Assembly: GCA_012295275.1 (NCBI GenBank)
Contig: CM022671.1
Span: 17,732,001 to 17,796,000 of the forward strand
Source: Chrysomallon squamiferum
Taxonomy: Eukaryota; Animalia; Mollusca
Reading direction: 5' to 3'
DNA length: 64,000 nucleotides
Shown: positions 54,031-64,000 of the stretch, piece after piece
Layout of the letters: each line of letters opens with the position of its first letter
How positions within the stretch are numbered: the stretch's first letter is position 1
Made by a program: the position numbers and the translations under genes
The notes under the pieces: generated by a model
What the model was told of the DNA's origin: nothing
Seen by the model: only the letters and a program-made list of their open reading frames with translations
Database searches by the model: none

Positions 54031-57000
54031 CTTTATGTAAATCAGATCCATATTTATCTTTAATTATACAGATTCTATCTTTAAAATATTTTAACATTAT
54101 ACCAATAATGAATCTTTCATTCGCCTTATATTTACATTGTAAAGAAACTGGCTTTATATTATATTTTCCATACTGAGGATATAAATAACAATTAAAAATA
54201 TTAAAATACATTATAAACCAACAGGCTTTATCTTCTGGATATAAATGACAATTAAATTTAAATTTTTGTTTCTCTTACCTTAGGTACGTGTGGATTAAAT
54301 TCTACTGCGCGATGTATGGCTTCAACAGCTGTCATTTCTGCCGTACTCAACCCTCGCTTAGACGCTGTATCAGGCGAAAATCTGAAGAGGAAAAATAAAT
54401 TATTATTACTGATAAAATGATTTAATTAAAGGTTTACCAAAAATGTAATCAAAAATAGTATTCAAGAAGAAATAGTCAATGCTATCATTAGGTGAGTGAT
54501 AAGAAATTTTAAATGTAGTGCATTAATGCAAAAAGATTTTAAAATATTTTTTTTTTTAATTAAAAAAAATAACATAAAAATAAAATAACACATTAATTTC
54601 TAAGCATATCATTCATGAAATAATGTATATATTATTTTAAATAATTAGAAATAATGTTAATCACTGTATATCCAAATTAATGTAACATGCGTTATGAATG
54701 TTTTCAATGAAAAAACTAAATATTTAGAGAAAAAGTTGATAAAAGTATGAAGACAATTATACAGTTTATATAATAAAATATATCTGATCATCAAAACAAA
54801 AAGAACAACATATTGATAATTATTCAGTTTAAATAAAATAACAAAATATATCTGATCATAAAATAATTTTTAAAAAAACATGATAATTATACAGCTTAAA
54901 TAATATAACAAAATATATTTGATCATCAAAAAAACACTGTACTGATAATTATTCAGTTTAAATAATAAAACACAATATATGTGATCATTTAAAGTAAAAT
55001 AAATAACAAAAGCAAATAACAAACACAAAACAGTATGTAGCAACTGTTATTATTAAATTATCTCGAGGTATCATTACACAGAGACTTATTGCCTTGCTGT
55101 AATTTTAAAAATAAACTTCTGACACTTACTTGTCTGCGACAGCTCTAGCTTTGAGAAGTGCAGCAGTGTAACATATGGTAGCTGACTTCGGTAAACTAAT
55201 ATCTGTCAAGTAAACAAACTCATATAAATATCCACACACAAATTAAAACCTAACACCAGTTTCCACTCAACGTCAAAGTTGTATCGTTTTAAACAAATAT
55301 ATGAGATAAAACTACATTATTATACAGTTATAAACGTACTGAGATAAAGTACTGTATATATATATATATCTTGTAAGCATGTTTAACATTTAAAAAAAAA
55401 AAAAAAAGACATTATTTAACCTTTTAAGACTGCTAGGCTCATATTTCAACCATGGTTCTATAATAAAAACACTAGAAAGACAATATATAAAAGTTTTTAA
55501 GGAGGACACATGTGGCACAAAATTTAAAAAAAATAATCATTTTTTATGTTACAGAATTGAAACTTGATGGTAATGATCCCCTTTTGTTACTATAAAAACC
55601 TAGTACAAGTTTTTTTTTTTTTTTATGACAAATGGTTACTTTTATTTTTGGCTTTTTGATGAACCTCTCCTACCCAAACCATATATATTTATACATCATT
55701 CAAACTGCTGGATTAAATATATATATATTCCAAATTTGGAATCTCTAGCACAAATAGTTTACATGCAGCATCTTCCAAAAACTGTTGGGATGGTATGGAA
55801 AAAGGATAGGTGAATAATTTTTTTTTTTTAAATGAAGGGGTGATGTTAAGCATTATTTTATGAAGTTTGTGTGTAGGTACTTCTTTTTGCAAAAAACCTG
55901 AAACATTTATCTGAAAAAGTTAAATATTTGTGTACATTTTCTAAACAGTCGTACAAAACAATTTTGTTTATTCAAATTTTGTCATTTTTTTGGCCTAGCG
56001 TGTCCCCTTAAAAGATATTATATTTGTGTGTGTTATAAAATGTTTTAATGAGCTCAATGCACATTATTTTAGGAATAATTAATTTTTCAATTAAGCAAAT
56101 TCTCTAAACAAGATTACTTAAAAAATAATTGAATTAAACTGTGTCTCTGGCAGCTAAATACCAGATATGATTGCCATTATATCGCAATAAGACTGGCAAG
56201 ATACCATCATCAGATTATGCTTGTGATCGTATCTAGTTAAAACAGAGATTATATTTACCATCAAATCGAGATAAAACTGCATGGACATCTGCATATGCCT
56301 GCAGTTCTAATAACGCTTCTATCAAATTTTCATGAATGTTGAAATTCATCAAAGGAAACTCTTTCATAAGCTGATAGAAAGAAAAAGGGTAAATTCTATG
56401 AGTCACACTGAACTGAAGCATAATACTGTTATTTTGAAGGCTGAAAGAAAAAACACATTGGAACAAAAAATCCTGACAGCATTTATAAATTAAAACTTAC
56501 CATCTCTTCAGTCTGTTAGGGATGTTTTATTTGTACAGCTATCTACATAATGATGAAATGGAAAAAGAGAAAACATGCTAATCTCCATGCATCAATAAGG
56601 GCTTGTTCTTTTATTGTTACACTTTATTAATAGTAAAGGTTTGTTTTCAGTAATGATTTTAAAGCAAGTGCATGGAGGTGTCCAAAATATATTTAACTTA
56701 GTTTTTGTGACAACACATGTGAATGTCAACAGTGATGTACAAAGCTACAGACACAGTCTTTGTTAAAATAAAAAGTTTCTGAATATATGAAAAGCTTACA
56801 TCTCTCATCATTTTAACTGCTTCTCGTGTCCGACCTAGCTTTCTCGCACACATAGCCAGACGTCTTTTTATTAAAACAAGAACATTTGTGTCACGTCCTG
56901 AAAAAATAATGTACAAACTTGCATTGATAAATTTTCTGTTAGCACATATATTTCATGTCTGCACATAAATAAACATTCACACACAAACACCCACACACCC

Positions 57001-59395
57001 ACACAAACATAAAAACATTTACATGTTATTCAAAATCCTGTCATAATTTACTGGAGCTAGTTGAGAAAAAAAAAATATATATATAAATGAAAATATAATT
57101 ATAATCAGTCTTTTCTCTTTCTCCAAATATTTTTGCCACTTTATTTTGGTATGAACTATAACTTGTATTATAAAGTGTTCAAACAGAATTAAATGTATGA
57201 ACCATTATCTTGAAATTACTGTGAATAAAGTAAAAGTATAAAGCAGGTGTGTGTTAAAACGTACGATGTAATGCTTCTTGTGTAGAATTCTGATGCTGTG
57301 TTTGTTGTGATTTTCGATAATTTGCTTCAGCAACCTTAAATGCTTGTTTAAACATCTTCTCTGCCTGAAAGTGAAAAATTACTCATTTAAAAAAATAAAT
57401 ATATATATATTATTATATTAAAAATGTTCAGTATTTCTCACATCAAGAGTTATTTCTTTCTGATACTAATGATTAAAACTAATGACTGGAGGTGTTTTGG
57501 GGATATAAGTAAATTGTTTAAATACTGTATCAAATTTTATAGGCATGGATTTTTAAAACAGTTTACTGAGGGCTTTGAAACTATTTCTGAACAGAAAAGT
57601 TAGGCTAAAGTATAAGGTTTAATTTGAAAGCATTGCTTTACAGAATAATTAAAATAAATTTTTATTTTTGTAAAGAACATAAAAAACAGTTGAGATCAGA
57701 TACAAAGATCAATGTTTCAAAAATCAAATCTGCTCATCTCATATGCAGTTAATAATATAATATAACACTGACCTATCTAGAATAAATCTTCCTAACCCCT
57801 GTAATAAACATATCTAAACATCAGCCCTCGTAACATTAACACAGCAGTAATACTTAACAATGACAATTAAATAACACTTCTAGAAGAGATAAGACAGGTC
57901 AAGAAAACTAACCTCTACAATAGTCTGACATTCTTCCTCAGCTAAGAGAAGTAGAGCTGTAGCACATCTGTAAACAGGAACAAGTCATTATTACAACAGA
58001 CAGACAGACACACAGACAGACATGTTCATACTTTAAGGTTATACAACAGAATACAATATAATCATCATGCCATAATTTCAGTTCCTAAAAGGCTGAATAA
58101 TAATTATTAGTTAATGTAGTACCAATACTTTGAGAATTGATATAATGAATCTTGGATAAGAAAGAAGAAAAGAAATGCTTCATTTAACAACAGATTCCAT
58201 ATGTTTTATTTATTTGTTATTCTGCATTAGAATCATGGTTAGAACCATCCAGATAATGAAAGAGGAAACCCACTACCATTTATATGCCTACTGTTTTATT
58301 TAGTAGCAAGGAATGCTTTTTTTGTACTGTCTCATAGCCTGGGAAGTACATACTATACTATGGCTGTTATATCTGCTGTGGAGCACTTGTTGGAATGAGA
58401 AATATCTCAGTGGGTCTCCCACAAGGGATTGATCAAAGGAGACACCATCTTGAATAGAAATTTTATCACAAAACTATGTCCCTCTTGTTAAAATTTTAAT
58501 AAATTTCCTTTACTTCTATAAACTTGTATCTACAATATTTTTAATTTATTAAATGCTAGCAAAATGCAGGCTATATATTAAAAAAAAAAAAAAAAAAAAA
58601 ACCCAGACAAAAAAAAATAAAATGTAATAATAAAATTATCAGATTATTTGTTTCCATTAATTACCTCTTTTATTATTCTAATTTTTTTTTTTTTTTTACT
58701 CTATTTATATTTGTTATCATTTTTCTTTTGGAACTTAAACCAATCCTCACAAACAATCTTTTTTCTTCTAAAATGTTTTAAATATACTGGCAATTATTAT
58801 TATTATTATATAAATTTTTTTTCCTCAATATTTTGTAAAAATGCCAACATTATCTTTTTTCTGATATTTATTTCAAATACCATCATTATCTTTCTAACAT
58901 TTACTACAAATACCAGTATTATTAAAAACATTTTTTTATATAAAACATATTACAAATCCTGAATATTATATTTCTAAAAATCTTTTCAAAAAGGCCAACG
59001 ATTTTCTTTCTTTTTTCTAACATTTATTAAAAATGCTGTCAGTCTATCTAAATACTTTGACAGCATCTAATTTCAAGCCGTCACATTTTCTTTGAATTAA
59101 CTGCACTGCCAGAGTCCTTATCAGTGTTTCCCAGTGTGAGAGTCCCGACGTGCGTTTAATCACTGATGGAAGATCCAAGTAATCTGCACGGAGAAAATGT
59201 TCACCAGACAATCCAGTTAAAATAAAATGATTTTCTGACAATCAGAGGCTTTTAGCTGTAGCCATGATAAATCATGGCTTCCTTGCAATCATCATGAAAT
59301 GTTATTAAGTGAGAGCATCCCTGGGGCAGATCCAGAATTTCAGGAAAAAAAAAAAAAAAATCCAGAAGAGGGGTGAAGAGGGGTGGCTGTCTGTG

Positions 59396-59433
<38 letters not shown>

Positions 59434-62054
59434 GTGTGCGCATGTCTGTGTCCTTCTTTTAAAATATATATTTTATTTTATAGCAATGAAATATCAGCAT
59501 AAAAATGAAAGTGAAATATGACTTATAGACATACAAGTAGGGCCAAGTCAACAATGCAAAGTCAAACTGGAATAACAGTATCCACATTTCAGTGACAGCA
59601 GACTACTTAACTGAAATGATATATAATACAAGTGACACTGAAATAACAGTATTCAAATGATAATGGATACAAGTGATACTGAACACATCACCGAAATATC
59701 ACCAAATATACAAAAGCGAGTAAGGGTTTGCCAATACAACTGTCCAAACAGCAGTGGTGAGGCAGCATACACCAGTGAAATAAGACGGTGCTAGTGTTGA
59801 AGGCAAGCTGAGAACTGCCCTCTGCGTGAACTCTCACACTGCCTGTAAGTGCTGTAGTAAATCCATTGTGCGGAAGAGAGCAAGTCCCACAGCACTCAGC
59901 GGCTATTGTATTGATCTGATAGTGCAGAATTAAACTGTGCATCTACTAACTGCGACTTGATGAGATCTCGACAATACGGAGCAGATTTCAGCTCATTGTC
60001 TGCCGGGGCTTCGCGTACTGACCACATAACGGGCAGGAATCTCGTAACGAGATCAATTTTATTATGAATGAGATGAAGAGCACATTAAATGAGTTGAAAT
60101 AATGACGATAGAAAACAAATTTGGAATGCTGCCATTGACTGATTTTAACCACTACTGAAAATAACTCTGGACGTGGAACTGTTATAGAAAAACAGTTTCC
60201 GAATATAACCATTCTTGAAGACAAAAGTTACGAATATAACCATTACAGGAAACACATTCTGAATAGAGCTGTTTTATTGAAATAATAAAATAAAATAAAA
60301 CAAATAATAATAATAATATCAAATAATTTTTTTTTAAATACGTTCTAAATACTGGAATATGGCCAAAGATTACAGACTTGTAACAAATATAGATAAAAAA
60401 AAATTCAAATGTGCTCTAAAAAAATTATATCCTGTGTTTAATAGTCATATATTCACATTGATTGCTTTTTTTTTCTTTTGTTAAATCTAATTTTTATTAC
60501 AAAAATTAATGACATTCTACATTAGTAATTAAAATAAGAGTAAAATATGTAATAAAAAATATAAAAGAATGAATTTAAGACATACTCTGGAGTTTTTTCC
60601 AAGGCTTCGTGTGCTGCTTTTATTCTCGACTGAGGATTTCTTTCTCTCCAAGCCATCTGCATTACTGAAAAACAGAGTAATTATTTTTATCACGTTATTT
60701 ATATTTAGATAAAAAATAATATTAATTAGATTACCTAGTGCACAATTACAGCAGATAAAAGGAATGACTTATATCATCAACATTCTGCACATAAAATCAT
60801 TTACCTCCAATATCAATATTTTGCATATAAAAGCATATGCCCATTTCATCAATATTTTGCACATAAAATCATTTCTGACTGATAAACGTTTTGCAATTCA
60901 TTTTATTTCATCAACATTTTGCATATCATTTGTATTTCATCAACATTTTGCATGCATATATAATCATTTACATATTTTATCAACACTTTGCAAATCATAT
61001 GCATTTCATCAACATTTTCAATTTAAAAATCATTTACATACTTTATCGGCATTTTGCACATAAAATCATTTAAAATAACATGAATAAAATAATATATACC
61101 AAAATTTTGCAACATTTTGCACAGAAACCTACTTTCGTATTCAGGTTTTCCATTGTCAGCCTCGCAGGTGAAAAATGTTTGATGATCTTGCGCTGAAAGG
61201 TTCATGTCGTAGTATGTGAGTGGATCTTTACTGGTGGCCCATATAAACCTCTGATATTCTGAGCCACGAAACAGGTTGAGAGGGTTGCGCCATACTTTAC
61301 ACTCTGAAAAGATTATGACAATACATCACTTAATTGTTTTAAAATTTAACAGCTAGGAGAATATAAGGGGAAAAAATAACAAAAACAAACAAAAAAATGT
61401 CTTTAATTATCAGAATGATGCTTACATTCTGTGAAGAGTTAAGCACAGCTCATGTGGGATAACATTTCAGACAGACTCGGGGAAACAGTGTTAGTATCAG
61501 AGTATTAAAGATATATCAAGAAAGATATAGCAGGTTATATTAGAGATTCAGAGAATAAAGATATATCAGGTTGTATTAGAGATTCAGAGAATAAAGATAT
61601 ATCAGGTTATATTAGAGATTTAGAAAAGAAAGATGTGTCAGGTTATATTACAGATTTAGATTAGAAAGATGAATCAGATTATATTCGAGATTTAGAAAAG
61701 AAAGATATATCAGGTTATATTACAGATTTAGATTAGAAAGATGAATCAGATTATATAAGAGATTTAGAAAAGAAAGATATATCAGGTTATATTACAGATT
61801 TAGATTAGAAAGATGAATCAGATTATATCAGAGATTTAGAGAAGAGTGAGTGTGGACATGGTAAGACAAAGGCTACATCACTGACATCAACACTTACCAG
61901 GTAAAGTCTGCTGCTGTGTAGAGTTTGATGTTCCAGATGAAGAGATGGGCTCGGTGCCACCCTCGCCACCCCCTAACAGTGGAGATATGTGATTCAAGGA
62001 AACCTGCTCTATGAACGAAGTTCCATATTTTTTAAAATACCACCATTCAAAAAT
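50354..62054 (-). CDS. ST7: Suppressor of tumorigenicity 7 (ST7/ST7L co-ortholog); 5'-partial, 13 coding exons in window, about 475 aa
   Basis: Exons 62054-61898, 61303-61133, 60664-60586, 57967-57913, 57364-57265, 56897-56800, 56370-56259, 55202-55130, 54381-54279, 53173-53023, 52362-52270, 51761-51622, 50449-50354 splice in frame. Motifs include [72 protein letters not shown] and LLHQLSRI*. Confidence 0.97.
50850..51621. repeat. Degenerate tandem array (about 95-115 bp unit) derived from the ST7 exon/intron junction
   Basis: Recurrent gtatttt..aatg..acacttacagtt..ga.aa.cacactc copies near 50874, 51057, 51253, 51399 and 51507. Confidence 0.75.
51622..51761 (-). CDS. ST7: ST7 exon (TM segment)
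   Basis: [46 protein letters not shown]. Confidence 0.95.
52270..52362 (-). CDS. ST7: ST7 exon
   Basis: [30 protein letters not shown]. Confidence 0.95.
52677..52860 (-). mobile_element. Decayed SINE 3' fragment
   Basis: aagggaagg..ttttatttaatgaggcactc, aaggac, aaaggaaatc, caattactaataagggatattttataagcac..agacaga; colinear with the other copies. Confidence 0.55.
53023..53173 (-). CDS. ST7: ST7 exon
   Basis: [50 protein letters not shown]. Confidence 0.96.
54279..54381 (-). CDS. ST7: ST7 exon
   Basis: [34 protein letters not shown]. Confidence 0.95.
54750..55000. repeat. Degenerate tandem repeat, about 60-bp unit, about 4 copies
   Basis: Recurrent tgataattattcagtttaaata..aacaaaatatatctgatcat. 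Confidence 0.75.
55130..55202 (-). CDS. ST7: ST7 exon
   Basis: [23 protein letters not shown]. Confidence 0.95.
55501..56007. mobile_element. Non-autonomous TIR DNA transposon (MITE) with TTAA target duplication, Kolobok-like
   Basis: TTAA at 55497-55500 and 56008-56011; imperfect TIRs GGAGGACACATGTGGCACAAAA versus reverse complement GGGGACACGCTAGGCCAAAA; no ORF. Confidence 0.6.
56259..56370 (-). CDS. ST7: ST7 exon
   Basis: [37 protein letters not shown]. Confidence 0.95.
56800..56897 (-). CDS. ST7: ST7 exon
   Basis: [32 protein letters not shown]. Confidence 0.95.
57265..57364 (-). CDS. ST7: ST7 exon
   Basis: [33 protein letters not shown]. Confidence 0.93.
57913..57967 (-). CDS. ST7: ST7 exon
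   Basis: [18 protein letters not shown]. Confidence 0.92.
58158..58485 (-). mobile_element. Decayed near-full-length tRNA-derived SINE
   Basis: Simple-repeat tail (aagaaagaagaaaagaaatg), body gagaggaaacccac..tagtagcaagg..tgtggagcacttgttggaatgagaaatatctcagtggg, B-box-like gggattgatc; at least 3 related copies in the window. Confidence 0.65.
60586..60664 (-). CDS. ST7: ST7 exon
   Basis: [25 protein letters not shown]. Confidence 0.94.
60770..61125. repeat. Degenerate tandem repeat (about 22-35 bp, ATCAACATTTTGCACATAAAATCATTT) abutting an ST7 donor
   Basis: About 10 copies seen directly. Confidence 0.85.
61133..61303 (-). CDS. ST7: ST7 exon
   Basis: [56 protein letters not shown]. Confidence 0.96.
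61495..61845. repeat. 36-bp tandem repeat with a 72-bp higher-order dimer
   Basis: GATTTAGAAAAGAAAGAT recurs at 61617, 61689 and 61761, alternating with GATTTAGATTAGAAAGAT units. Confidence 0.92.
61898..62054 (-). CDS. ST7: ST7 exon (most 5' in window)
   Basis: [33 protein letters not shown]...QQQTLP; ttccag| and |gtaagt. Confidence 0.95.
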
Positions 62055-64000
62055 CTGGAAAAAGAAAAGAAGTGTTATGGAATGCGTTATTATTTTTTCT
62101 ACTTTATTATCATTACTTTAAGCTAGACTGCAGCTCTTTTTTCTTTAATATGCCCATTAGCCAAAGCAGAATTTATTTGTACATAAAACTTCTATAAAAT
62201 AAAGTTTATCAATCCCTGTGTAAGAATCATAGTGTGTCTTTCTGTAAAGCAGGTTCTTATTTTTATTTATTTTTTTTTTTAAATAATATTAATTAAAATT
62301 ACAAAATATTTTAATTAAACAAATAATAACAGTACTAATGCTTTTTCTACAACTAATAACTATCATGGCAATAATCTTGGTTACAGAATAAAAGTACTTG
62401 TATTAGTAAGTGGTTAACAAGAAGGTAACAAAAATCAATACATTCAGAAATTAAAACTTCAATTACAGTTATGAAAAATATGTTTTATTTGTCTAAAATA
62501 AAATGAAATGAAAAATGAAAAAAAAAAGAAGAAGAAATGTATTTTAGAATTTAAAAAAAAAAAAAAAAATATATAAAATTCCCAATGAAACTATTTAAAA
62601 CAAACCCCACAGAAAAAGAAAATTTATATTATATGCATGCCACAATGTGTTCTACAAAAAAGTAGAATGTTTTGTAATTACTGATACATGTAATTTTAAA
62701 GACAGTTTTATTTGTTTTTGAACCAGAAATCAATACTGGCAATATGACACCACATTTATTAACTTTTCCTTACAGAAATCTGTGATGGCCTAAGATGGTC
62801 TTAGAGTGGTTATTAAATTTATGGAAGTTCTTTTAAATAATACTTTGCAAAATATAATGAATATATATCCTTTAAAACATCAACCAAAAAACCCCCACAG
62901 ATACAGCATTAGCCAATTACCATGGTGATAGTGACGCAAAGTTTGCCAGCTGCTAATTTGAGACTCGCCATTACGCAAGTTATTTTTTAACCAAAACCCA
63001 ATTTTTTTTTTTTTTCAGAAATGTAATTATGACTGATGATATACTGTAAAAGATGAATAAAAATAACCTAAAAAAAAAAATTATCCAAAAACATTCACAT
63101 ACATACACAAATTGACTAAAATGTAAAGTGAGTGCTATAAAGAGATAATGAAAAAAGTTATTTTTATTAATTGGTTTTATAAGCCATTAACTGAAGAACT
63201 TTCAGAAAAGAACTATAGAATAAGTGGGTTGTTTTTAAATCCTATTAATAAACTCTTTAACCAAAATCCAAATTTCTCTTTTTTATACTGAACAAATATA
63301 AAAGCATTTTAAAAAAAGTAATAATAAAATAATTTTTAAAAATATTTTTTTTTTTTTAATGATTTGGTATCTATGTCTATTAGGGCATAATTATTTGCAT
63401 TTTATCTGTTTTTGTATGTATTTAAACATCTACATAAGTTTATATGTGTAGTTGTATGCACATACTGTGTGTGTGTGTGTGTGGGTGTGTGTGTGTGTGA
63501 ATACATGTATATAAATATTTTATATACACTTATGTCAGAGTGTTTATGCACTTGTGGCTGTATCCATATATACACATCAATTTTGTCACCAAATCACCAC
63601 AAAAAAAAAAAAATATATATAATAATAATAATATTCCATCAGAGGTAAATATTTGGAAATGTTGAAACTAATTTTCACAGTAACAACACCATAAATAACA
63701 CTGCTCTGTTCAGTTTGGATGTCATTACATGAAATAGTGATGCATGTAAGAAGTGTTAGGCAAACATCAACGTTGAAGACGTCGTCATAATTTATAAGAG
63801 TAATAGAAAGATATCATGTTGATCTGTCGACCACGATCAAACATTTATAGAGCTGATTAAATGTGTATTGATCCAGTAAATGATACTGCAGGATGAACAA
63901 GCAGTGATATGAAAAGAGGAAGGACACTAATGGGAAACATAATAGAGGATGAAGCCAGTCTTGTACAAACCACTGTCTCGCCACCTCTAATTGTCTACAC

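Noticed and set aside
61495-61845. 36-bp repeat as a possible coding repeat
   Set aside because: The frame I checked is closed by TAG in alternate units, the ORF track shows nothing here, and it is intronic with no exon signals.
62120-62191. Minus-strand KFYV after an AG, resembling ST7 TPKFYVALTG
   Set aside because: It continues QINSAL... to a stop with no further similarity; a chance 4-residue match. The true exon is beyond the window.

Overview
AT-rich, microsatellite-dense, intron-containing animal genomic DNA. It is an invertebrate, most likely a mollusc or other lophotrochozoan (inference from Wnt2 retention, mosaic CpG depletion and SINE type). Three genes could be spliced by hand with continuous reading frames and GT-AG introns: ASZ1/GASZ (+, 5'-partial, 11 coding exons, 378-11646), WNT2 (+, complete, 5 exons, 28283-44416, 365 aa) and ST7 (-, 5'-partial, 13 exons, 62054-50354). 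The order and relative orientation (ASZ1-> WNT2-> <-ST7) match the human 7q31 cluster next to CFTR, suggesting an ancient microsyntenic block. CpG is visibly retained over the WNT2 domain (about 14.2-48.6 kb) and depleted over the ASZ1 and ST7 gene bodies. Candidate signal-response elements surround WNT2: a perfect TCF site with a helper-like motif, a GLI cluster and SMAD repeats. A recurring oddity is that local tandem duplications copy exon/intron junctions in all three genes, leaving decoy splice sites. Also present are two satellites (38/27-bp and 46-bp), several smaller tandem arrays, decayed SINE copies and a TTAA-flanked MITE. Most ORFs in the supplied track are microsatellite artefacts. 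Comparisons with human sequences are from memory, not from database searches.
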